Shown in pieces: positions 14,001 to 24,939 of a stretch of 64,000 bases of DNA (position 1 is the stretch's first letter; each line of letters opens with the position of its first letter). Source of the DNA: Glycera tridactyla (lineage: Eukaryota); contig OZ286462.1 in the NCBI GenBank assembly GCA_965644265.1, positions 49,538,001 to 49,602,000 on the forward strand, written 5' to 3'. The notes beneath the pieces were generated by a model. That model did not search any database and had not been told where the DNA came from. It worked only from the letters and a program-made list of their open reading frames with translations. The position numbers were made by a program, and so were the translations under genes.

Positions 14001-17000
14001 AAAATTGGTTTTTCAGAAACAGATTTTTCTAAAGAAGGTGGCTGTCCATAGCCTTGCCATACTTGGTACAGATGTACTGTAGTCTCGCGCGTGTACGCGC
14101 AGGTTCGGACAAACGCGCATCCCCCGTTTCGTCAAAATGTCGGAATAGGCGCATGTCCTCGCGCATACGCACACCCTCGAAAAATCACGGTTGAACTGTG
14201 TGAAACCCGAAAGAATTAATGAGAAATCGATCTTTTTACTCATCCTTGTACACGAATCGCCATCTTGTATCCGTCTTCTTCGCGCATTGCATGATGGGAG
14301 ATGTTGAAAAATATTAATCGTGCGTACCTTGTTCCCTCCAACCCCAACCTCGTTCTCTATTTGGGCTATACAAATATACGATCAGAGACGGTTCTGTCGG
14401 GATTAGGGTTCGAGATCGTGAGGCATCATGGGAGAAATAAAGTTAATAATTACATCATCTAGAAAAATGGCGGCCGGGTGTTGGTAAGTGCTTCATTCCA
14501 CGTGATAGGGCGAAGAATAAAGCAAAAACCAGATAGTTTCGACAAGGTGCGCGTTTGCACGAAAGTACTATACGCGCATCTTCGGACGTACGCGCATCCC
14601 CGTTTCGTCAAAATGTCACGATTTCGCTCACTGCGCGTACACGCGCGAGACTACAGTATGTAATAGCATTCCCTGATGAATTCAAGCCATAGATGGGGTC
14701 TCCCATTAGGCCTGATTGGTTTTGGGTGAAAATTGTTTTTTCAGAAATGGATTTTTCTAAAGAAGGTCGCTGGCCATAGCCACACCATACTTGGCATAGA
14801 TGCAGTTCATAGCATTCCCTAATGAATGCTAGCCATAGATGGGGTCTCCCAACAGGCCTGGTCGGTTTTGGGGTGAAAATTGGTTTTTCAGAAATGGATT
14901 TTTCTAAAGAAGGTGGCTGTCCATAGACAGTCCAAATTTGGCATGGATGCAGTTCATAGCATTCCTTGATGAATGCTAGCCATAGATAGGGTCTCCTAAC
15001 AGGCCTGGTTGGTTTTGGTGGGAAAATTGGTTTTTCAGAAATGGATTTTTCTAAAGAAGGTGGCTGTTCATAGCCACACCATACTTGGTACAGATGTACC
15101 TAATATCATTCCCTAATGAATGCTAGCCATAGACAGGGTCTGCCATTAGGCCTGGTTGGTTTTGGTGGGAAAATTGGTTTTTCAGAAATGGATTTTCCTG
15201 AAGATGTTGGCTGTCTGTAGCCTCAGCAAACTGAGCATGGATGTAGTTCATAGCATTCCCTAATAAATGCTAGCCATAGATGGGGTCTCCTAACAGGCCT
15301 GGTTGGTTTTGGGGTGAAAATTGGTTTTTCAGAAATGGATTTTTCCAAAGAAAGTCGCTGGCCATAGCCACACCATACTTGGTACAGATGTACTTGATAG
15401 CATTCCCTAGGGATGCTAGCCATAGATGGGGTCTCCCATCAGGCCTGGTGGGTTTTGGGGTGAAAATTGTTTTTTCAGAAACAGATTTTTCTAAAGAAGG
15501 TGGCTGTCCATAGCCTTGCCATACTCGGTACAGATGTATGTAATAGCATTCCCTGATGAATTCAAGCCATAGATGGGGTCTCCCATTAGGCCTGGTGGTT
15601 TTGGGGTGAAAATTGGTCTTTCAGCAATGGATTTTTCTAAAGAAGGTGGCTGTCCATAGCCTTGCCATACTTGGTACAGATGTATGTAATAGCATTTCCT
15701 AATGAATGCTAGCCATAGATGGGGTCTCCCAACAGGCCTGGTTGGTTTTGGGGTGAAAATTGTTTCTTCAGAAATGGACTTTTCTAAAGATGTTGGCTGT
15801 CCGTAGCCACTCCAAACTTGGTACAGATGCAATTTATGTCATTCCCTAATGAATGCCAGCCAGGGATCAGGGTTCCTGACAAGGCTGATTGACTTTTGGG
15901 ACAAATGTGGATTTTCAGAAATGGATTTTTCCTAAAGATCGTCGCTGCCCCTAGCCACACACTAAACTTGACACAGATGTCTTTCATAGCATTCCTTCAC
16001 AAGTGCCTGCAATGGATGAGGACCGATGACAACCTTGTTTGTCTTTGGGGACAAAAATGTAAATGTGAACCAGACCTGACTTCTGATGTGCATCAGCTGA
16101 TGGATCCAACTTTTGTTTGAAAATTGATTTTTTTTAAAATTGATTTCCGCAGCATGAGTTGGGTCATCTATGTGTTACATATATTTGAGGCGTTCGAGTT
16201 GGCTTCGTTGAGACGAGGTCCGCCTTCAGTGAAGGCTATGTTTAATATGTATAACAACATGTCATGACTAGAAAATGGCATAAATATCAAGTGAATTGTT
16301 GATTTCCCTCTTGTTATACATCGATATAACAACATGTCAAGACTAGAAAATACTGAAATCTCATGCTTTTGACATATTTATCAACTGAATTGTTTATTTC
16401 CTCACTCAATATAAAAACGACAACTATGCGATCACTTTGGAGTGAATATAAAGAATGGAAGGAAACTAAACCACGTTGATGAAATCATGCGCAGTCTGGC
16501 AGGGGCCGAGAGTTGACGCGATAACTCATTGTTTTTCGATTTTTTTTGTGAGACGTGACAGAGAGCAAAAATAATGGCAGAAAATGAAAGATCGTGTGGA
16601 CGAGTTCCTATCTTGATAGCTCGTCCAGTGGACGAGGGGCTAAACTCACAGGGTATCTAAGATGTGTTTGGCAGCAGGGGCCCATTTCATGACTCTTGCT
16701 AACCTACCAGAAGAATGCATGCTACTGTCACTCATCAGATAAAGTAGGGGTGGAGCTCTTGCTAGTATAGATGAAATAATACTAGTCCAAAGTGTAACTG
16801 TTGCCACTCTGTGGGAGGTCACCTCAGACATGCCTGGTCACCCTAATCAGCTGGACAACCCCCTTCTGACTACCCCCACTTCATGCCCAATCCCAACCCC
16901 AGTTTAATCACAATCAAACCTGTTTCAAACATATGGCCACAGAAAGACACAAAAGTGGATTCTTAGAACAGGTACATGCTTACAGTGGAGGTGAATGGAA

Positions 17001-20000
17001 GTGTAAATACTCATATGGGATGAATGCGGCATTGTCGATTAGGAAAAGTTTCTCCTTAGTACAGTTTTAGGCTAGTTCGACTATATTTTCTCCGAATGTA
17101 CTGAAATCTACAATGGATATCTATCTTGAATATTCATGGGTACATAGGATGGTCTGTCATTGCAGATTCCTTCTTATCAGGTATAGGATATGTGCCAACA
17201 ACATACTTAGGAGACCACCCCAAATGCCAATGAAAAGTGGTCTCTCAAGACAGGTGGTCTCTCATTGGAGGTATATTTGACTAGGTCAAATAGAGAAGAG
17301 CTGATAAAGTGTGGTCTCCCAAAAGAGGGGTCTCCCAAGACAGGTTTCACTGTATGCTATTTATGCAAGGAAGCAGTTTTATAATTTCCCATGAAAAAAA
17401 TCAGCATCTGTGTGTTTTCTGATTCCATTGTATTATTACTATACCTGATCTTGATGATCAATCGAATGGATGTGATAGTTCAATGGACCCGCGAAAGGGC
17501 ATTATTCGGTGAATATTATAATTCTTAGATCATGAAAATTGGACTATAATGTGGTGGAGAGAGCACAATATATGCTGATTTTTAATACTGGCACAATTCA
17601 TTGTGATATATGAGGGCTCAAACTGGATGTTCACTTTTGTGTTCTTTCACCCCTTGATATCCGGGCAAGTGCATGTAAGATTCGGGCAAGTACCTCTTGG
17701 GTCTACTTGCCCGAAGGGCAAGTACCCATTTTCACTTTTGTCGACCACTGATTGTCATGAACTTAATTGTTGATTTCCCTCTATCAATATAAAGACATGT
17801 CAAGACTATAGAATACTGAAATCACATGCTTTTGGCATATTGATCAACTGAATTAATACCTGTACCATTGGCCAAAGTTATTCCTAGAGGTTTGGCTTCT
17901 CGTGGAGATTGCAGTATTACCTGTGATAATGGAATGGCACTCACTGATAGGAAATTTTATGGTTTGTTCATGGCACTGTGACTAGCAGCAATCCATTTCA
18001 ATGACATGATCAAGATTGATCAGGATTTTGCAATCAGTTTATGTATGAGACAGATCGTAGTGAAGATGGACCTGCTTGAGGACACCTTTATGCAAAGACC
18101 ACCCTGCATAGTGACCACAACAGTATCCTACAGTAATCAACTCAGCAAAAGCAACCTGTCGACAAAGACCATTTTGATGTGATGGTGGTAGACAGGTTTG
18201 AGTGTATGCATATTCGATTGGCAATAGAGAAGCTACTGGAAAAAGTAGTGTGTGTGTGGGGGTGGGGGGTGGCAACAAGGGATGCTCCTGTCCATCCATC
18301 GTTATGTTGAAAGGTTATCACAACATTTGGTCATTGAGAGGCATTTCTTGTGATGGATGAATGAGACAGATTTGTATCATCTCACATCTGTCAGCAATTT
18401 CACAAGTCTGGGGAGAGAAGCTGACCAGCAAGAAGATAGGACAAATATGTATCGCAATACGGATGTTTGTGTATCGCGAGTATTGTATGGGATTCTTGTC
18501 TCGGTTCGAACCGGTGTACCGGTATATCGTTACAGCCCTATTTGGCAGCATGAGTGGAGATGTGGAAATCGCCAATATAAAGTATCTTCAACAATGTGTG
18601 TTAAATGTTAGTGATTTTAATCTCACTAGAAAGAGACAGATATTTTGCATGGCTTTGGAGCAGGGGAGGCAAAAGTTCTGATGACTGGGACATGTTTGTT
18701 CTAGAAAATGCATTTAATGATCAGTTTTGTGATGCTAAAAATGAAATACAGAAAATTGATTCTAACTTAGTAAGAGCAATTTAGTGGAATCAAAACCCGT
18801 TTCGATTGTTGAGTGAATCATTCCACCACTTGCATGTGGATTCTCGTAGAAATAAATCTTGTATTACCGGGATTTATTTATCTATTTATTCAACACCTGT
18901 TCATTATACACGACCATAAGAAATCAAAGGCTGATTCTGATTTCCATTGGAAATTATGTTCTGATTAAATCTAGAAAACTGGATCTTCAGGAATGCTGAA
19001 TTAGATGGTTAAGTATTAGGTTATTATTTCAGAAAAAGGATAAAAAAGTACTCAAACAGACAAACATAACATATGCAGTTTGACCGGATATACAAATGAA
19101 CATGATAATCTAGATAATTCTCAACAATCGAGACAGGATCAGGGTAGACATGTATGTATCATATTGTAGATGACAAGTGGCGCTGGTATCGGAGAAGGTG
19201 GGGAGAGTACGTGGAAAGCCATCAACGATGAGGAGGCAGACGAGGATATGGTGGAGGAACTCATAGCCGAGACGGACGCGATCAAGAAAGAGAAGACGCC
19301 TACCAAGAAAAGGGCAACACCTGAAGGTCAGTACGTGGATAAATTGATACAAATTCATGCAACCAAAGTTCTCTGACTTCATCCTGAAAGCAAGCATACT
19401 GCCTCTAATCTTAGATTTCGAGTTTCTTAATTTGGTGTAAGCTGCTCGGAAAACTGGCAGGGATATATCTAAGATTATCGAAATTGGGGGCATCCCCCTC
19501 CTTAACTGAGATGAAGGGTCATTTCTCTACAAATTTTTTCACAGTGGTTCAACTCAATATTGATAATGGGAATCAATCAGGTGATTTGTTGGGGCACCGG
19601 GCCTTGAAGCATGCCAAGGCAAACTGTGCATTCCAACAAGAGTCTATGGTGGTGGCTATTTCATTTAGTTATAACGAGGACCAGAGTGAGATGGTACAGT
19701 TGAAAATTGAATCAGGGTTTAGGTGGAGCTGGAAAATTCGGAATTCGTGGTTGATGATATTATTTCCCTGCATTAAGAATTTGGCGGGGGGGGGGGGGAA
19801 GGGGGGGGGGAGGTATTTCAAGACAGTAGTGGAGAGAGGAAAAAGGCGAACGGTCTGTATTTGTTACCTGTTGTCTGTTGTAGTGGTGGATATTGCTGAC
19901 AGTGATAGCGAGGAGGAAGACGTTGTGATGCTAGGACAAGAGGGCGGAGACATGGAAGCCACAAGGTGAGATGCCGCTAATATCTAAGAAATGGGGACAT

Positions 20001-20875
20001 TCTTTCCAAGATTTTTCCGAATTGGGTTTGCTCAATACTGAAAGTGGCTCCCTGTTATTGATTCAGGGGCATTGTGGTCCATGGTTGCCTTGAATGCTCA
20101 ATGTAAAGTGCAGGGATGTGATTGGCTCACAACTAAAACACTGAATACCTGACCAGGAACACTTATATTAAGATCAACAAACCCAAGCAACTAGTGTCTG
20201 AAGGCTACTAGAACTCCATACAAATATTGTGCGCCATCTCCATCTGGTCTGATTTTCATGATCTAAAAGCCAGAATAATCAGCAGCGGAAGAATCACATC
20301 CCTGAACATGTGAGATGCTCCCATGCCTCCTCTGGATGCAACCCTGGCCCTTTCTGTACATGAGACCCTGGTTGAGCCACATCTTGCCTCATCTGCAGTG
20401 CCCCATAATTAATGTTTGGTCCTGATTTTTGTGGATCCATTTGCAATGCATGAACATGCCACATCTGCTTTCTCTGTTTGTCCCTTTTCTTATTCCTTTG
20501 CTGGAATCAACAAATATCATTACTTCTCATTACATATGATAATCAAATACCACTTCTTCCAAGTGCACCTTAGAGCTTTCTGTCACTAAGGATGAGCAGG
20601 ACCAAACTACAGTCCATTCAAGTACTTCATGTGCCTTTGTTTTGGTCTGGAAAATAGTCATTTTCTTCTTCAAAATCTCAGAATTTCTGCTCACTTCAAT
20701 TTCTGATCTGTAGCGGTTTCTCTGACAATAAAATACATGTTTTAACATTTGTATATATTAATTTTGGTGTCTCACACTTAGGATCTTTTTTGTTTATAGG
20801 GCAAAGTCTGAACCTGCAACTATTGACCTCACCAAAGCAGTCAAAAAACCACAACAGTCCACCAAGAAGAAATAG
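1357..20875 (+). CDS. EXOSC9: Exosome complex component RRP45/PM-Scl75 (5'-partial; first coding exon not found, probably upstream of the window)
   Basis: Exons: 1357-1451, 2711-2830, 3390-3492, 4216-4353, 5303-5385, 6925-7057, 8503-8591, 9718-9904, 19170-19326, 19884-19965, 20800-20875 (TAG). All have AG/GT sites and compatible phases; 420 aa. Peptides RLDGRECYDYR, HFRRPDVTV, DRDPIPLSIHHMPIC, MNKHREICT and DSDSEEE match RNase PH-family RRP45. The junction 9904-19170 is in phase, but a small intervening exon is not excluded. Confidence 0.95.
1643..1820. mobile_element. Tc1/mariner-type MITE, family A copy 1 (178 bp)
   Basis: TIR CAGTCGAACC/GGTTCGACTG, TA on both sides, internal GGTGGTCTTTATAG repeats. 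Confidence 0.85.
2189..2366. mobile_element. MITE family A copy 2 (178 bp)
   Basis: Same TIRs, TA TSD and length as copy 1. Confidence 0.85.
2460..2674. mobile_element. hAT-like MITE
   Basis: 11-bp TIR CAGGGCTCTAC/GTAGAGCCCTG; TSD degenerate; related decayed copy near 32520-32700. Confidence 0.65.
4759..4840. repeat. (GT)n microsatellite
   Basis: Directly visible. Confidence 0.95.
5519..6740. mobile_element. Decayed Tc1-like non-autonomous element with nested MITE at 5842-6026
   Basis: Starts TA-CAGTAAAACC, ends with CTATAGACAGG repeats; contains a CAGAGATGCCAAC family copy. Confidence 0.45.
7083..7268. mobile_element. hAT-like MITE, CAGAGATGCCAAC family
   Basis: TIR CAGAGATGCCAAC/GTTGGCATCTATG, flanking duplication CTAGCT; siblings at 5842-6026 and 12921-13108. 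Confidence 0.85.
7463..7672. repeat. 53-bp minisatellite, 4 units
   Basis: GTACTGAGC recurs at 7471, 7524, 7577 and 7630. Confidence 0.9.
8255..8345 (+). mobile_element. tRNA-derived SINE-like head (not a functional tRNA)
   Basis: A-box-like TAGCTGAGCG (8263-8272) and B-box GGTTCAAATCC (8330-8340); no convincing cloverleaf. Confidence 0.4.
8958..9185. repeat. Imperfect minisatellite of roughly 58 bp abutting an assembly gap
   Basis: Recurring GTTGAGCTTTG(A/C)GC(C/T)GTG..CTTC..CACC motif, about 4 units. Confidence 0.7.
9193..9348. other. Assembly gap (N run)
   Basis: 156 N. Confidence 1.
9411..9491. repeat. (GT)n-(GCGT)n compound microsatellite
   Basis: Directly visible. Confidence 0.95.
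10328..10505. mobile_element. MITE family A copy 3 (178 bp)
   Basis: CAGTCGAACC...GGTTCGACTG, TA TSD. Confidence 0.85.
12921..13108. mobile_element. hAT-like MITE inserted in the satellite
   Basis: CAGAGATGCCAAC TIR, duplication GTTTTG; the empty site is visible in sister monomers. Confidence 0.88.
14077..14656. mobile_element. 580-bp CpG-rich non-autonomous TIR element inserted in the satellite
   Basis: Perfect 26-bp TIR CTGTAGTCTCGCGCGTGTACGCGCAG, TA duplication at a monomer TA. Confidence 0.88.
17205..17353. mobile_element. Degenerate Tc1-like MITE (family B); sibling at about 60380-60529
   Basis: GGTGGTCTCTCA repeats, shared GGTATATTTGACTAGG core, end TTCACTG-TA. Confidence 0.55.
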
Positions 20876-20950
20876 TATAAACGTCAACTTTTTATGACAA
20901 AATATCAAACTCTATTTTTGTAATGAAATTTGTTGTATATATTATTGTAT

Positions 20951-20956
20951 AATAAA
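20951..20956 (+). terminator. Polyadenylation signal of EXOSC9
   Basis: AATAAA 76 nt after the stop, followed by G/T-rich downstream sequence near 21005-21050. Confidence 0.65.
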
Positions 20957-21846
20957 TGCTTAACTCCAAATCAGCCTTCAGTATCCTAATTTACTGTCTT
21001 GTGGCCCTAGTTGTGATAGAAGCTGTGTTGTGCTTTTGTATTTATTTTGCACTCCTTGGAACCCCGCTCATTCAGGGCTATTCCATTAAGAAGTAGATGC
21101 ATACAGTGATTGTGAATGCCCAGCTGACAGTGCAGTTGGTCGTACTGTGCTTCAGTTGGTTGGTTCTGGTTTAATGTCATGTCAGCATTATCTGGGCTAT
21201 ATTGTGACGCCTATGCAATGGGCGTGGATGGGATCTTCCCAGACTCCTCCTTCTGGGTCCCAAACAGGTGAAAATTTATTAAATTCAGACACTCAAGGTG
21301 CCATTTCTGCCCACTTAGTCGCCTCTTACGACACATAGGGAAACGTGGGGCCAATTCTTCCCTGCGCACCCCACGTGGCTACTATGCTTCAGTATTCTCA
21401 AGCATATTCTATGCAACGTATTTGCTATGGTGATGCCCCCCCCCCATCTGCTGACCAACAACCGCATATGACCTTGAAAGCTATGTAGTGAATCCCAAAT
21501 GGAATCAGTTCTGTACCTTACCACTGTGAGCGCTCCTGCCAAGTTTCAGTTGGGTAGCTGCATTCATTTCAGAATTAAATATGGTTTTTTTTCCCCAGAC
21601 GACCTCGAAATCCAATGGAACTGACCCAAAGCAGAACATTTCCATACCCTGGCAATGCGAATCCACCTGTCATGTTTCATTTGGATAGCTGCATTAATTG
21701 CGGAATTATTGCCCAGAAACTGACCAACAACCACATGACCTTGCTCGTGACCTTGAAATCCAATGTAGCGAACCCAAAATCGAATCTCTTCTGTACCCTA
21801 GCACTGTGGATGCACCTGCTGAGTTTCAGTTGGATAGCTGCTTTTA

Positions 21847-22863
21847 CAGGGTTCATACACGTTCGGTAGAATTTTTTTCCATAACTTTTCCAGGACATTT
21901 CCAGGACATCAAGCAATTTTTCCAGGACACCCAAATGTGTCTAAAAAATTTGAAATGAGCTGTTATTGACTCATTATTTCAGTATAGAAACTATTCACCA
22001 CATACCAATGAGACATACAAGCTTTCATCTATTCATCCATTTGGTGAAAAACATGTGAAATGAAGAAGTTGCACAGCCAAGAAAATCTGATGCACTAACA
22101 GGACTGACAGATGGACACCATCTCTATATCCCCTAGCCTTTTGTCAGGGGATAAAGAATTCATTGGCCTTGGTCCATTCAAAAATCACCTGCCAATTAGA
22201 AAAAGGAACCTGCAGTGTCTGTTTATGCAGACAAATTATAATCATTTCTTTTATGATTAGTAAAATTGAAATTAACCTGCCCAACAAGAAAATCCACCTG
22301 CCTTGAGGCAGGTGGGTAGCTATCCAATTCGCATCAAATTAACAATCATCACTGTACATGTATATTTGTAGCCAACTGCTGGCTACAAATCCTCTTGCCA
22401 TCAAGGACATGACTGTCACCTAGTGAGCAGTTGTGGAATCACACACATCATCGCCATCTGGTGGAATTCTGAGGAGGTACATCGATGGAGGCAAACTTTG
22501 TCACTTTCTCAACCCCAGCTGTCAAAGTGCCTTCTCCCTCCCATATCTCAGCTAATATTGGTCCGATTTTCATAATCTAAACGCCAAAATGACCAGCAGA
22601 CCAACATCTTCAACATGGTCTGGTCGGTTTTTATCTGACATGCAATTTGAATTTCGCGATATCGGCGCATATATAGCTGATGCCGTGTTTTTGTCATTCT
22701 TTCTACAACCAAACTTACTAAATTTCAGCAATTTTTCAAAATTCCAGGACATTTCCAGGACATCCCTGCAATATTTCATTTTTCCATAACTTTTCCAGTC
22801 CTGGAATTTGGTTAGGCAATTTTCCATAACTTTTCCAGGATTCCAGGACGCGTGCGAACCCTG
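21847..22863. mobile_element. hAT-like non-autonomous element
   Basis: Ends CAGGGTTCATACACG / CGTGCGAACCCTG; subterminal TTTCCAGGAC repeats at both ends; TSD imperfect. Confidence 0.6.
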
Positions 22864-24939
22864 TTTTATTGCCTTAAAACTGGTCAGCAACCACATATGA
22901 CCTTTTCGCAGTCAGGCGAATTTGAAATCCAATGTAGCACACCCAATGTAGCGAACCCAGTTGCATAGCTGCTCATTGTGGAGTTATCGCCTGGAAACCA
23001 CTAGTGTGATGCACACGCACACTCCTCCATAACAGATCATGACCCTATTCGGAATTTGAACCCCATATTTCCAAATTTTGAAATCTAGATGCACTCAGTG
23101 GGTATAGTATTTCTTAGATTTATCTTGAGCTTTGTCACAGAGGTGACTAGAAATATCCCCGCTGCCACTTTGACTGCAATATGGCCAAGGTACAGCCAGC
23201 CTTGTCTATAGAGGCCACCTCCTGTCACACCAAAAGTGGCCTTATAGACAGGTGGTTTTTATAGAAGTCATTTACTATTGAATGTGTGTGTTTGTGGAGG
23301 GAGCAAAGGTATGAATGGAATCAACAACACTATGGGAGAACAACGGAAGCATGTCTATTATGGAGAATCTGACATAATAATGGAAGGAAAGCCAAGGGGA
23401 GTGGGAGGCCTTACACCTTACAGACAGTTAATGACCATCGTCAATTTCCAGCTGTCTCAGAGAATTCCAAATTTACAGATATAACCAAATGCATATATAC
23501 AAATCTTTTCTCTCAAATAACTCTGGAATGTGTGGATCAGTCTGCATGAAAATTGTGTCTTGCACATTTACACTTTATGGTGATGACATGTCAAGTTTCA
23601 ATCCAATAGTTTGAGAAATGTGAGGGTACTTTGCTGGACAAACGTTTTGCGGCAGAACGACAGTGACTCCAATAGGCCCTCTTCCAAACTTCATTTTGGT
23701 GGAGGTATAATTATACACCCTGAGAAAGGAAGTGTAGCCTTATCCCATGAAGTGACATAATTTTGAAGTTTCCTATAAAATTTAGGGATGTTACAAATGG
23801 TTTTGGGGTTGGTTGATTGATTGGTTATGGTTCAGCGTCATGCCTGCTATATATAGAGCTGGACGTTTACTGCGTTAATGTTAGAGTCAATTTCGCATCA
23901 CAAAGGGTCCATTTCTGTGTTTTCCCATTTTATCCTTAAAATTCCATTTTCTTTTTGAAAGCTCACTTCCAGCTCATGTCTCATTGCAATTTCTGCCACC
24001 TTACATCAACTAACACCATTGCTGACATCACTGAAAATAGTCTTAATCCATTATATCAGTTTATGACAATGTATTCTGTGATTGCAATGATTAGAGCTGG
24101 ACTATGGCCAGTAAGATTCGTCGTCGGTCACACTCCCAATCATGGTCTGATCCTTGTTTATTCAGAATAAGATGTATTTCCCCATCTTATTCATGGTGGA
24201 TCAGGTGATATTTCGCCAAGTAAACATCAAATAGAGACACGAGGTGCAATAATTGTACCATCAGGGATGTGAATGGCTCACAAACAAAAACACTGAAAAC
24301 CGGACCGGGAGCACTTACACTAAGATTTTGTGGATCAACAAACCCAAACAACTGGTGACTGAAGGCTACCAGAACTCCATACAAACATTGTGCTCTATCT
24401 CCACGAATACTGGTCCGATTTTTATGATCTAAAAGCCAAAATACACAGCAGAGAAGGTTCTTTGCTGTCATGTACATGACTTGTCACCAAAAACACGGAA
24501 ATCCGCGGAAAAATCACATCCCTGTACCATATTCCCTACAAGCCCATCTGGATTGCGATTTTTTTGTCTATATCATGTTCTGGACACGCTCGCCGGGTAC
24601 GAGGTCTTCGTACCATATGCCCTTCAAACCTAGTCGGTCCTATGATTTGTCCCTCTAAATCATTTTTGAGGACTGATCTCAGGGAATAAGGTTTATCGTC
24701 AGAGGAGACAAGATGGCCACTGCAAGAAAAAATAGGGCAAATTCATCTACCTACATAACCCGTCGATAATATTCTGTGCCCATCCAATTTCACGAAAATC
24801 AACTAGGAGCAGGCAGGGTGATTGAACTTCCTGCAGCCTCTCTCAGGCAGTGCTCCGCTGCCTGCAGAGTAGGAGGTTCAATCACTGCCTACAGCGCTGG
24901 AGACTTCCAGCCTGCCTCACAGCACAGGCTGCTGATGCA

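Larger units (their letters stand above)
11660..15995. repeat. 147-bp satellite array (about 25 monomers) with 5-monomer higher-order repeat
   Basis: TAGCATTCC recurs at 11684, 11831, 11978, 12125, 12272, 12419, 12566, 12713, 12860, then 13201 after a 194-bp insertion. Monomer variants cycle A-B-C-D-E. Confidence 0.92.
10961..16243 (+). mobile_element. Helentron-associated non-autonomous element (HINE/DINE-1-like) carrying a satellite array
   Basis: T-run at both ends; 17-bp subTIR ACCTCGTCTCAACGAAG (10965-10981) and CTTCGTTGAGACGAGGT (16203-16219); 5' hairpin 10965-10993; (CGGCGT)9 at 11007-11060; 3' hairpin GCCTTCA-G-TGAAGGC (16222-16236). Confidence 0.8.
10745..18540. mobile_element. hAT-type non-autonomous element (7.8 kb including nested insertions)
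   Basis: TIR TAGGGCTGT/ACAGCCCTA, perfect 8-bp TSD TTTGGCAG (10737-10744, 18541-18548), subterminal CGATAC/GTATCG repeats at both ends; no transposase ORF seen. Confidence 0.85.

Noticed and set aside
13161-15987. ORFs with repeated KSISEKPIFTPKPTRP peptides
   Set aside because: These arise from the 147-bp (49-codon) satellite period; there are frequent stops and no splice support.
11660-15995. Regular array as a CRISPR locus
   Set aside because: There are no unique spacers or cas genes; whole monomers are homologous, and the context is a eukaryotic intron.
18630-18680. Extra EXOSC9 exon (KETDILHGFGAGEAK)
   Set aside because: The acceptor is plausible but there is no convincing donor, and the flanking exons already join in phase.
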